From IMG/VR virus record IMGVR_UViG_3300010403_000008, positions 1-54,941 of that record: a stretch of DNA of 54,941 bases. One strand, written 5' to 3'. Positions within the stretch are counted from its first letter, which is position 1; each line of letters starts with the position of its first letter. This document shows, piece by piece, positions 9,629-18,230 of this stretch. The translations under genes and the position numbers were made by a program. Under the pieces are notes generated by a model that made no database searches, had not been told where the DNA came from, and saw only the letters and a program-made list of their open reading frames with translations. The DNA comes from a virus (taxonomy: Duplodnaviria > Caudoviricetes).

Positions 9629-10192
9629 ATGAGCATTGAAATCAATCATCGGGAAGCTCTTGGGTTTTGGTTGAACAGGATCAAGAATCGTCCTGGCCAC
9701 ATTCTTGAGATGGCTGAGATTGGCTGTGCTCATGGGGGGTTCGCCAAGACTGTTTTGAGGCAGTGGAGGGGTGAACGGTACTGGATGGTTGATCCGTGGG
9801 CTGTGCAGGACAAGGAAGTGTATAAAGAGAACCAACCCACTCAGGAACAGTACGATCAGCAGTTTAGAGAGTGCGAAGAATTGTCTGAACGAGACACCCG
9901 TGTTCGTATCATTAGAGACACGTCAACGGAAGCAGCCAAGCAGTTCCAAACCAGTCAACTTGTCTGTGTCTATATTGATGCGAACCACAGCTATCGTTCA
10001 GCGATGGAGGATATGGATGCGTGGTGGGACAAGGTTCAACCCGGAGGAATTATGGGTGGGCACGATTTCAGAATGAAGACAGACGAAGGATGGTTCTGTG
10101 AAGTTGAGGAAGCGGTAAAAAGGTGGGCAATGGAACACAATGTCCCGTTCACCGTCACCCCCTGTACTAGTTGGTGGATCATTAAGCCGTAA
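9629..10192 (+). CDS. Class I SAM-dependent methyltransferase (Methyltransf_24-like)
   Basis: AEIGCAHG, VDPW, VYIDANHSY and PGGIMGGHDF. Confidence 0.85.
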   Translation: MSIEINHREALGFWLNRIKNRPGHILEMAEIGCAHGGFAKTVLRQWRGERYWMVDPWAVQDKEVYKENQPTQEQYDQQFRECEELSERDTRVRIIRDTSTEAAKQFQTSQLVCVYIDANHSYRSAMEDMDAWWDKVQPGGIMGGHDFRMKTDEGWFCEVEEAVKRWAMEHNVPFTVTPCTSWWIIKP

Positions 10193-10195
10193 ATC

Positions 10196-10936
10196 ATGGA
10201 TCACGAGGCCATAACAGCAGTTATCACCAGAGATGGACCATGGGGAACTGGTGTGAATCCAAACCCGTACGCCAAACAGCAGGCAGAATGGGAAAGGCGC
10301 ATTCAGTTCGCTAAAGATCGTGCCCACATCACTGATAAAATCACTTCGTTATTCGAGCCTCGTTACATCACTCCACCAGAAACCAGTGAGTTGATTGAAT
10401 CGCTGGTGACAGCCTCCGATTCAAGAAAGATATTGGAGGTTGGGACGTACACTGGATTTACCACATTGCACATTCTGCGAGCCTTGGTAGGCAAATCGGG
10501 GGCCAAGTTCATCAGCATAGACGCGAGACCAGCATTCGATGCCACATGGTGGGAGCCGTGGTATCCGACTATGGAATTCATAAATGGCTGGACGCCTGCC
10601 ATCCTGTCTGATCCCAGAATTCAAGCTCATGCCCCATACGATCTTGTGTTTGTGGACAGCGATCATTCTGTAGAGCATACGCAAAAGGAACTTGAAGCGC
10701 TGTGGCCACTCACCAAAGTAGGAACCATCTTCCTATTTCACGATGTGCCAGAATGGAAGTCCCCGCAGGATCGTGCTGCCCATCCTGTCCGCACGATGCT
10801 GTTGGAGAATGTGGCTCCTGGCAGGTTCTACGGTTTAATCGTGCCCACCTGTGAGCAGTTGGATTGTCTGGACGCTTGGGGACCGGGCTATCCCAAGGAA
10901 TGCAATCCTCACTTGGGGATATTCATACGTAGATGA
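10196..10936 (+). CDS. Class I SAM-dependent (O-)methyltransferase
   Basis: ILEVGTYTGFT, YDLVFVDSDHS and GTIFLFHD. Confidence 0.85.
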   Translation: MDHEAITAVITRDGPWGTGVNPNPYAKQQAEWERRIQFAKDRAHITDKITSLFEPRYITPPETSELIESLVTASDSRKILEVGTYTGFTTLHILRALVGKSGAKFISIDARPAFDATWWEPWYPTMEFINGWTPAILSDPRIQAHAPYDLVFVDSDHSVEHTQKELEALWPLTKVGTIFLFHDVPEWKSPQDRAAHPVRTMLLENVAPGRFYGLIVPTCEQLDCLDAWGPGYPKECNPHLGIFIRR

Positions 10937-11523
10937 CATGCGTCTCGTCATATCGTCCATTTGGCAAGTTCCCAGACATTGACCGGAACCAGATCATTTC
11001 CAAACACAGTTGGGAATCGGTCTTTGGTGGGATCGTTTACCTGAACCAATTCAACGTGCAGCTTTGGTCTGAACACACCACATTCACAGGCACAACCAAA
11101 CGCCCACGTATGAGTGAATTGTTCCTCACTGCTGCGTTATTGGGTGGGGTTGTGGCAGTCTTGAATTCTGACATCGTGATTGGGAATGGGTGTTCTCACT
11201 TCCTTGAAAGTACTATAAGGAACGGGAATGCCTGTGGATTCTCCTTTCGTTACGAGTTTGATCCTGTAGCGATGAATTTGGAATCAGCCAGACAGGTTGA
11301 TTCTGGGTTGGATTTCTTCATTGCAAATCCAGGAGTTTGGTACAAGACATTCAATGCCTGCCCTGAACGATTCATCATTGGGAATGGGGAATGGGACTCG
11401 TGGTTATTTGAGTACTGGAAAAGGAAGTACGGGAGATTCTGTGTTAACTTCACTGATCGTAAACTGGTATTCCATCCCAAGCACGGCGACAGGGAAAGGG
11501 AAGTTGACCCAGTACTAGCGTAG
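10933..11523 (+). CDS. Putative glycosyltransferase-like protein
   Basis: AVLNSDIVI motif, GLDFF, IGNGEWDSW and FHPKH; lies in the glycan-modification cluster. Confidence 0.5.
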   Translation: MTCVSSYRPFGKFPDIDRNQIISKHSWESVFGGIVYLNQFNVQLWSEHTTFTGTTKRPRMSELFLTAALLGGVVAVLNSDIVIGNGCSHFLESTIRNGNACGFSFRYEFDPVAMNLESARQVDSGLDFFIANPGVWYKTFNACPERFIIGNGEWDSWLFEYWKRKYGRFCVNFTDRKLVFHPKHGDREREVDPVLA

Positions 11524-11539
11524 GCGTAAGGATACACTC

Positions 11540-13873
11540 ATGGCAAAATTTACCAGTGCAGCCTTTGTTGAGGATACCGTCTGGACCATGCGTTTGGGGG
11601 ACTACCCCCGCTCCCTGAACCGTGCCCGTATCAACGATCTGTTCAATGGGGTTGCCCCATTCACGGCTGAATCAATCAAGGCGACCAATTCAGTCACCAA
11701 CGTCAATTTCCTTGAGTCAACCAAACTGGCCCAAGATGCGCGTGGGCAAGGGATTGGGGCACTGACCAAACCAGTCAACTACTTCACAATTACGGAGGTT
11801 GATCGTGGGCCAAAGCACAAACGCAAGGGCTTTGCCTCCACGATCACGAAGTTGATCAATCGCAAGGCGATGAAGAACAGCCTGCCTTATTACGAATCCC
11901 TGCGCTCAGTCGTAGCGAACGTAGTACTGCATGGGATTGGGCCAGTCATTTGGGATGACATGGAAAGCTGGTGCCCGAATGCGTTAGGGGTGGAGGATGT
12001 GCTTGTCCCAAGCAACACGAAGCTGACGATGCGGGATATTCCGTTCTTTGCCATCTTCAGGCCATATACAGCATTGCAATTGTACAGGCTCACTCACGGA
12101 CCCAAAGTTGATCCTGGTTGGAACATGAAGCTGGTGAACGCCTGCATTGAGGACGCAGACAGAAGGATCATTGATTTCGGTGTCCCGTACTCAGACCTGT
12201 ACTGCCCGGAAAAGCTGGCTGAACGGATGAAGGCTGACAGTGGGCTGTATTCGGCTGATTCAGTCCCAACGATTGATGCGTGGGATTTCTTCTTTTACGA
12301 TGATGAGGATGGGGAAGCGGGCTGGAGACGCAGGGTAGTACTGGATGCGAACTGGCAGTTGGGAACAGGTGGATTGGCTGGGTATTCAGGAACCAAGTCT
12401 ATTCAAGGGATGCGAACAAAGGTCGATACGAAAGGTGATTTTCTTTATGATTCAGGTGATCGGGTATATGCCGAAAAGATCAGTCAAATCGTTCACTTCC
12501 AATTCGGGGACCTGTCATCCGTCGCCCCATTTCGATACCATTCTGTTCGTTCCCTTGGGTTCCTCATGTACGCAGTTTGCCACTTGCAAAACAGATTACG
12601 ATGCAAGTTCAACGACTCATTATTTGAGCACATGCTTCAGTACTTCAGGGTTCGTTCATTGGAGGATTACGAGCGCACACTCAAGATCAACCTGATTGAG
12701 AAGGGGGTGATTGATGAGACAGTGCAGTTCATCCCGAACAACGAACGTTGGCAGGTGGATGCTGGACTGATTCAGATGGGCTTGGCTCAGAATCGGGACA
12801 TTATGGCCAGTAACAGCAGTTCCTACGTTCAGCAGAATCAGTTTGGAGGGAACCAGCCTGAGAAAACCGCAACCCAAATCATGGCTGAAGTGAACAATAA
12901 CACAGCCTTAATCAGTGCAGCCTTGGGGCAACAGTACATGTACCAGAAGTTTCAGTACATGGAGATATGCAGGCGGTTCTGCAAAGAGAATTCCCGTGAT
13001 CCAGATGTTAGAAAGTTCAGGTTGGAAGCACTGAAGTCAGGAATCCCTGAAGATGTACTTGATCCAGATTGCTGGGAACTTGAACCAGACAAGACGATGG
13101 GGGCTGGGAACAAGACATTGGAGATGGCGATTGCTGACAAGTTGATGAGTGTTCGTAATCTGTTCGATCCAGAACCTCAGCGTGACATCCTGCGTGATTA
13201 TACGCTGGCTGTGACTGATGATCCTGGACGCACGGAACGACTCGTCCCAGAGCAACCTGTGCTCGTTACGGATGCGGTGCATGATGCGCAGATTGCGGCT
13301 GCATCACTGATGATGGGGATGAAGGTGGATGTGAAGGCTGGGATGAATCACATCGAGTACATCGAAACGATGCTGGGGCAGATTGGATTGATCCTGCAAC
13401 AGATTCAAGCGTTTGGTAATATGGCCCGACCACAACAACTGGTTGGGATTGAGAACATGGTTGGGCATGTTGCCAAACACATTGCCATACTGGCTCAGGA
13501 CAAGAACGAGAAACAGCGGGTCAAGCAGTACGGGGATGCGATTGGGCAGATAATGAATCAGGTGAAGATGTACCAGCAACGATTGGTGCAGGCTCAACAG
13601 GCTGCACAGGCGCAGAACGGTCAGCCCAGAATGAGTCCTGAAGAAGCTGCGAAGGTGCAGGCGATCAATGCGCAGACACAGGCGAAGATTGAGGCCAGTG
13701 CCAAGAGCAACGCACAGAAGACAGCCCAGAGACAGACCCAGTTTGAGATTACGATGCAACAGGATGCACAGAAGCACGCTGCTGACATGGAGCAGCAGGC
13801 TAATCAGGCGCTTCTGAAGACCGGTCAAGAGGCCCTTAAAGCGGAAGCACAGCAAAATGGACCAACCGAGTAA
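11540..13873 (+). CDS. Portal protein (P22-like, Q/A-rich C-terminal barrel)
   Basis: 777 aa, first gene of the head module, KTATQI motif and a long Gln/Ala coiled-coil tail. Confidence 0.75.
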   Translation: MAKFTSAAFVEDTVWTMRLGDYPRSLNRARINDLFNGVAPFTAESIKATNSVTNVNFLESTKLAQDARGQGIGALTKPVNYFTITEVDRGPKHKRKGFASTITKLINRKAMKNSLPYYESLRSVVANVVLHGIGPVIWDDMESWCPNALGVEDVLVPSNTKLTMRDIPFFAIFRPYTALQLYRLTHGPKVDPGWNMKLVNACIEDADRRIIDFGVPYSDLYCPEKLAERMKADSGLYSADSVPTIDAWDFFFYDDEDGEAGWRRRVVLDANWQLGTGGLAGYSGTKSIQGMRTKVDTKGDFLYDSGDRVYAEKISQIVHFQFGDLSSVAPFRYHSVRSLGFLMYAVCHLQNRLRCKFNDSLFEHMLQYFRVRSLEDYERTLKINLIEKGVIDETVQFIPNNERWQVDAGLIQMGLAQNRDIMASNSSSYVQQNQFGGNQPEKTATQIMAEVNNNTALISAALGQQYMYQKFQYMEICRRFCKENSRDPDVRKFRLEALKSGIPEDVLDPDCWELEPDKTMGAGNKTLEMAIADKLMSVRNLFDPEPQRDILRDYTLAVTDDPGRTERLVPEQPVLVTDAVHDAQIAAASLMMGMKVDVKAGMNHIEYIETMLGQIGLILQQIQAFGNMARPQQLVGIENMVGHVAKHIAILAQDKNEKQRVKQYGDAIGQIMNQVKMYQQRLVQAQQAAQAQNGQPRMSPEEAAKVQAINAQTQAKIEASAKSNAQKTAQRQTQFEITMQQDAQKHAADMEQQANQALLKTGQEALKAEAQQNGPTE

Positions 13874-14044
13874 AATGCAGGTGATCGTTGATAGGGCTAT
13901 TGAGGCCAATCTTAAAGGCAATGCTCATGAGGCGATAAACGAACTCATTGAAGCCGTGAAACTGCTTTCAAGGGCACAACAGCAGGTAATGGGTGACATT
14001 TCAGATAGAAGCTTTAGCAACACAAGCACACCAATTGGAAGCAA

Positions 14045-14317
14045 ATGAGTCCCAGAACCAAACTACTGAATAATAAACCCTTGGCTGATAAAGTCAGGGA
14101 CATGGTGGATGGGGAAGTATTCGATACGGCTGCTGATGCGGCTTTGTTGCAGTACATCGAAGAACTTCCAAGTGTTGATTCTATGGATAGATACGCCATA
14201 AAGGCTGCCCAAATTGATGGAGCCAAAGGATTTCTTAAACTCTTCAGGAGAATTGCAGATGCCACCACACCCAGACAGAAAGCAGGATTGCCTGACAACC
14301 TAGACTTCAAAGCATGA
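14045..14317 (+). CDS. Small head-module protein following the portal
   Basis: 90 aa helical ORF between portal and scaffold. Confidence 0.55.
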   Translation: MSPRTKLLNNKPLADKVRDMVDGEVFDTAADAALLQYIEELPSVDSMDRYAIKAAQIDGAKGFLKLFRRIADATTPRQKAGLPDNLDFKA

Positions 14318-14673
14318 ACAGAAGAGGCTTCATAACGGAAATCTCAATAGGATTGTCTGCGCTAGTTTTTACGCCAAGGCTGATTCAGGCGAGTTGGAAA
14401 CAGCTTCCAGTCCAGAAGTTATGGACCCCTCATTGGGCGTTTCTTTCAGACAGATGGTTTCGAGCACGGCAAGTAGCATTCCATACAGAAAGAGGGTATC
14501 CGCTTAGTGAATTACTCCTTCAGGCACCGAGTTTTAATCGTGGAAATGACCCTGTTTTCTTGCGGCACAGCTTTTACGAGGAAATGTATCCAGTCGTTAA
14601 GGCTGCGAGTGGAATCATCGTAGAGCCATTTGAACACATGCCTGCAAATTGGAAACCAAGTTGTGATTTATGA
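14314..14673 (+). CDS. Hypothetical protein with a twin-arginine-like N-terminus
   Basis: MNRRGFITEISIGLSALVF; ATGA-coupled to the upstream ORF. Confidence 0.45.
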   Translation: MNRRGFITEISIGLSALVFTPRLIQASWKQLPVQKLWTPHWAFLSDRWFRARQVAFHTERGYPLSELLLQAPSFNRGNDPVFLRHSFYEEMYPVVKAASGIIVEPFEHMPANWKPSCDL

Positions 14674-14802
14674 AAAGAGGAGCAGGAACGATCACTGTAT
14701 TCAGACTTCCAAGCGCCCGAACCGGTCCTCAACTTTGGCTTGAGGGTTGCGTGATCGTTCCCATAAATCCATAATCCATGATAGCTTAAATTGCAAATTA
14801 TT

Positions 14803-16092
14803 ATGCCCGAATCCGCTACCGCCTCACCCCCACCCCCTGCCCCCGACTTCACCCCCCTGCCTGTCCAGCAAGACTCCAGCAGTGGTTCTGCCCCACCGAT
14901 TGTGCCGTCAGCATCCCCTCGTGAGATTGATGTTGGAAAAGCTTCAGGCGGGGCCAAGCAGGACAAGACGGGTTCGGGGATGGATGATTCGATGAGTGAT
15001 TTGGACAGGCTGTTTGCGGAGACGGAGGCAAAGCCGGAAAAGCCCGCTGGTAACGCGAAGGATGAGAAGAAGCAGTCTGACCAGTCTGGGGACGAAAAGC
15101 CTGCTGGTGAGGCAGCAGACGCCAAGGAAGAGGGGTCTGGTGAGAAGTCTGGGGAGGACAAGACTGGGAACGGAAAGGCTGTCAGTGCCCCTGAATTGAG
15201 GAAGGCGTACGAGGCCCTGAAGAAAGAGGCTGCTGAACTGAGGGAGAAAGTGAAGTCCCGTGGTCCATCCGAGGATCAGGTGAAGGAATTGCAGACGTTT
15301 AAGGAACAGTACGAATCTGAGTACAAGCGTAGGCAGGAATTGGAAAAGGAATTGGCACAGAGCGCGTACGAACGATCCCCAGAATTCAATGAGAAGCACG
15401 CTGGCCCGTTCCGTAATGCGTACCAGAACGCTCGTAATCGCATTGCACAGTTCAAGGTGACTGACAGTGAAGGGGCAACCAGACAGGCGAGTCCTGATGA
15501 TTTTGATGCGATCATGCAGATTGGGGATGATATGCAGGCAGCAACGGCTGCACGGGAACTGTTCGGGGATACGGTGGGACCGATTGTGATGATGCAGCGG
15601 GAGAAGGTGCAGGAATTGCATGGGTCAATGCAGAAAGCGATTGCAGATGCAGAAACCAACTTCACCAAACACCAGCAGGAACAGAAGGTGATGTCAGAGC
15701 GCAAGCAGGCGCATTTGAACAAGCTGTGGACGACGCTAAATACGGGTGCAGCCGAGAAGTACCCCCAACTGTTCAAGCCTGTGGATGGGGACGAAAAGGG
15801 CAATGAATTGCTTCAGAGAGGATTTGAGCTTGTAGATAAAGTGTTCATGGATGGGAGCCAAATGGACCCTGAAGAGACGATTAAACTGCACAGTCAAGTG
15901 CGCAACAGGGCAGCAGCGTTTGGGAGACTGGTGTACCAGAACCGTACGATGAGTGAGAAGATTGCTGCACTGGAGAAGGAGTTGAACGCCTTTAAGGATA
16001 GTGCCCCGAAGAATGGGGATGGGAGAGCGGGGAAGAAGGGGGAGGGGGAATTGTTTGGGGAGGATGCATTGGAGAAGTATGTTGATCGGTAG
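14803..16092 (+). CDS. Capsid scaffolding protein
   Basis: Pro-rich and acidic N-terminus with long coiled coils; lies between portal and MCP. Confidence 0.7.
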   Translation: MPESATASPPPPAPDFTPLPVQQDSSSGSAPPIVPSASPREIDVGKASGGAKQDKTGSGMDDSMSDLDRLFAETEAKPEKPAGNAKDEKKQSDQSGDEKPAGEAADAKEEGSGEKSGEDKTGNGKAVSAPELRKAYEALKKEAAELREKVKSRGPSEDQVKELQTFKEQYESEYKRRQELEKELAQSAYERSPEFNEKHAGPFRNAYQNARNRIAQFKVTDSEGATRQASPDDFDAIMQIGDDMQAATAARELFGDTVGPIVMMQREKVQELHGSMQKAIADAETNFTKHQQEQKVMSERKQAHLNKLWTTLNTGAAEKYPQLFKPVDGDEKGNELLQRGFELVDKVFMDGSQMDPEETIKLHSQVRNRAAAFGRLVYQNRTMSEKIAALEKELNAFKDSAPKNGDGRAGKKGEGELFGEDALEKYVDR

Positions 16093-16096
16093 GTTG

Positions 16097-16501
16097 TTAC
16101 GATTTGCTGTCATCGTTATGGCGATTCATTACGGCAAATGAGTCTTCCATATCGTTCGTGATTGAATCAAGTTCGCTGAACCATTGAATTAGGTCACGAT
16201 TCCATACCCATTGCTCCCCCTTAAGGTCTCCAGTCACGAGTCTGGCTCGTCCGTTAATGTCTCCGCTGACTTCATTTACAATCCAACAACAGAAGCGTCT
16301 TGATGGAAGACTTCTGCCCTTAAGCACACTGGGATTGAAATAGAAATCACCAGAATTGCTCTTTTTAATAATGGCTGCTATTTCTTCAGGTGTTTTGTTC
16401 CAAAGCTTCTTCTCATCTTCAAAGAAGTTGGATAGCATTTTCAATTTCTTTTGTGCATGTATAAGGCTTCGTTTTACGTCTTTTGATTTATGGGTTTTCA
16501 T
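16097..16501 (-). CDS. Hypothetical protein, last gene of the inserted cassette
   Basis: 134 aa AT-rich ORF overlapping the upstream gene. Confidence 0.55.
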   Translation of the reverse strand: MKTHKSKDVKRSLIHAQKKLKMLSNFFEDEKKLWNKTPEEIAAIIKKSNSGDFYFNPSVLKGRSLPSRRFCCWIVNEVSGDINGRARLVTGDLKGEQWVWNRDLIQWFSELDSITNDMEDSFAVMNRHNDDSKS

Positions 16502-17252
16502 TGGTTGTAAAATTTCGTGCGATCAGATCAAACCGTTCCCTTCCCTCCCGATTGCCAATTAGCTGCCATCCCCTCCATGTCATTCGATGTCCATTGACTA
16601 TACTAACAAGACCATAAGTAGCGGCACATGAAATTGAGCTTTTGTATTTCTTTCCGGGTCTCCAGTTCAGGGTTTCTGGCGGAAACAGGTCAGGATTCAT
16701 GTGAACGAATCTGGTGATGTTTTTCACATAATGAATAACCCCACTGGGGTCTCTTAAAAAGCATTCTCTGGCCCTGATGTGATTTGGACTATAGCGTTTA
16801 GATTGTGGTGTGTTTCTAATCTTTCCAAGATGCAGTTCTCTTGTGCGAATCCTATTCTTTTCAGACTGAACAGCGGCCAGCCATTTCGATTCATCCCTGA
16901 ACAAGATTGGGCTGTGTCCTTTTTCCCGTTGTTGTATCCCGTGATACAGATAGGCACATTCTCTTGAGCAAGAGATATTACTTCTTGTCTTCCATGTGGT
17001 TTGGAATGTTTTACCGCATTGTACGCATACCTTTTCCTTGTCGTTTATTCGGATGGAGTTTCCGGCACACTGGGTTGAGCAATACTTTCTCCACGAATGA
17101 TTTGGTTTCTCAAGCCATTCCTTTCCGCATTTCTTACAGGTTAATGTGATACGTTTTGGTCTCATAATGAGAACCTGCATAATGTGGGATGTATGCGGGC
17201 ACGCATTTGGGGTTTGAGGAGATGGAGGGTCATGTGCTGGTTCCGTTTTCAA
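16488..17252 (-). CDS. CxxC zinc-finger repeat protein, homing-endonuclease-like DNA-binding architecture
   Basis: CKKCGKE...YCSTQC and CVQCGKTF...SCSREC repeats, with C-terminal LRDPSG..HYVKNI..F and WRGWQL. True start may be the ATG at 17165. Confidence 0.55.
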   Translation of the reverse strand: MKTEPAHDPPSPQTPNACPHTSHIMQVLIMRPKRITLTCKKCGKEWLEKPNHSWRKYCSTQCAGNSIRINDKEKVCVQCGKTFQTTWKTRSNISCSRECAYLYHGIQQREKGHSPILFRDESKWLAAVQSEKNRIRTRELHLGKIRNTPQSKRYSPNHIRARECFLRDPSGVIHYVKNITRFVHMNPDLFPPETLNWRPGKKYKSSISCAATYGLVSIVNGHRMTWRGWQLIGNREGRERFDLIARNFTTNENP

Positions 17253-17754
17253 TCTGTCTCAGTCCAGACTTGATCGACTCTTCTGCCGTCAGCCTGCGTT
17301 TAGCTGCCTCCGTAGCTGCTTCTAACGTATTGAGTGATCGTTTAGATGTTGCCATCGCAATCACTCCATGACTGCTGAACTGAGCGTGGAATTTGATTCG
17401 TTCTTCGTTCGTCATTTTATCCGGGTCTGCATCCTTGACCAACATTCTTCGGATGGTTCGTCTTGAGAGCCTGTGAATTCGTCTGGTTGCATCTGCTCCA
17501 ACCATGTGAAATTCACCAGCCTTCAGCCTGCGAATTCCTTGACCCCGCACATGGGCGAAATACTTCCCCGTCTCACGCTGAACGATTAGGATTGCACGAG
17601 ACAGAATCCATGCGTGTTTCTTGAACAATTCACGTCCCGGTGTCAGTGCCTGCAATTCAGCCCTTGTGATCAATTCGTGATGCTCAATCTTGTTTAGGTA
17701 TCGAGCGATGGTCACGGAATCAATGTTGGCCTGATGTGGGATTGCTGACTGCAT
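17230..17754 (-). CDS. Accessory protein of the Cas7-like/array cassette, possibly winged-HTH
   Basis: LITRAEL...ILSRAILIVQRETGKYFAHVRGQGIRRL; starts 6 nt after array 4. Confidence 0.65.
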   Translation of the reverse strand: MQSAIPHQANIDSVTIARYLNKIEHHELITRAELQALTPGRELFKKHAWILSRAILIVQRETGKYFAHVRGQGIRRLKAGEFHMVGADATRRIHRLSRRTIRRMLVKDADPDKMTNEERIKFHAQFSSHGVIAMATSKRSLNTLEAATEAAKRRLTAEESIKSGLRQIENGTST

Positions 17755-17760
17755 AAAATA

Positions 17761-17920
17761 GAGTGGTGTGTGGTGATTTGACTTGGGGTTATGTGCAGTG
17801 CGGTAGCTTGACGTGATCTGATTTGCGGTGCTGTGGGTTACTGTGTATTGGATTGCCGTGGCGTGAAGTGGCGTGCGTTTGATTGAGTTAGTGTGGCTTG
17901 CAGTGTTTTGGTGTGACGTG
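17761..17920 (-). repeat. Pentamer guide-like array 4: 32 units of CAM-NN (plus strand NN-KTG)
   Basis: Exact 5-nt period: gaGTG gtGTG tgGTG atTTG acTTG ggGTT atGTG caGTG...; non-coding. Confidence 0.9.
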
Positions 17921-17941
17921 GAGAGAAATTGGCCCCTAAAG

Positions 17942-18071
17942 ATGGTGTGTTGTGTCGTGCGTTGTTGTGACTTGATTTAGGGTGCAGTGGAATGCTGTGG
18001 GTTGCAGTGTAATGTTGTGACTTATCGTGCTGTGGTTTTGAGTGGAGTGGCGTGACTTGGGATGTAGTGTG
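17942..18071 (-). repeat. Pentamer guide-like array 3: 26 units
   Basis: ATGgt GTGtt GTGtc GTGcg TTGtt GTGac TTGat TTAgg GTGca GTGga...; exact 5-nt period. Confidence 0.9.
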
Positions 18072-18098
18072 GAGAAATTAAACAGCACGCAATGGGGG

Positions 18099-18228
18099 AT
18101 GGTGTGGAGTGTTGTGAGTTGGCGTGTCTTGTGTTGGCACGAATTGCGGTGTCGTGTTTTGATTTAGCGTGCAGTGTTTTGAAGTGTTGTGTGTTGCGGT
18201 GCCTTGTTGTGTCCTGATGTGTTTTGGT
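18099..18228 (-). repeat. Pentamer guide-like array 2: 26 units
   Basis: ATGgt GTGga GTGtt GTGag TTGgc GTGtc...; begins 2 nt after the Cas7-like stop codon. Confidence 0.9.
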
Positions 18229-18230
18229 GA

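Noticed and set aside
13304-15803. Long antisense ORFs over portal and scaffold (and 19630-20538 over the MCP gene)
   Set aside because: Shadow ORFs caused by biased codon usage on the coding strand; no recognisable motifs.
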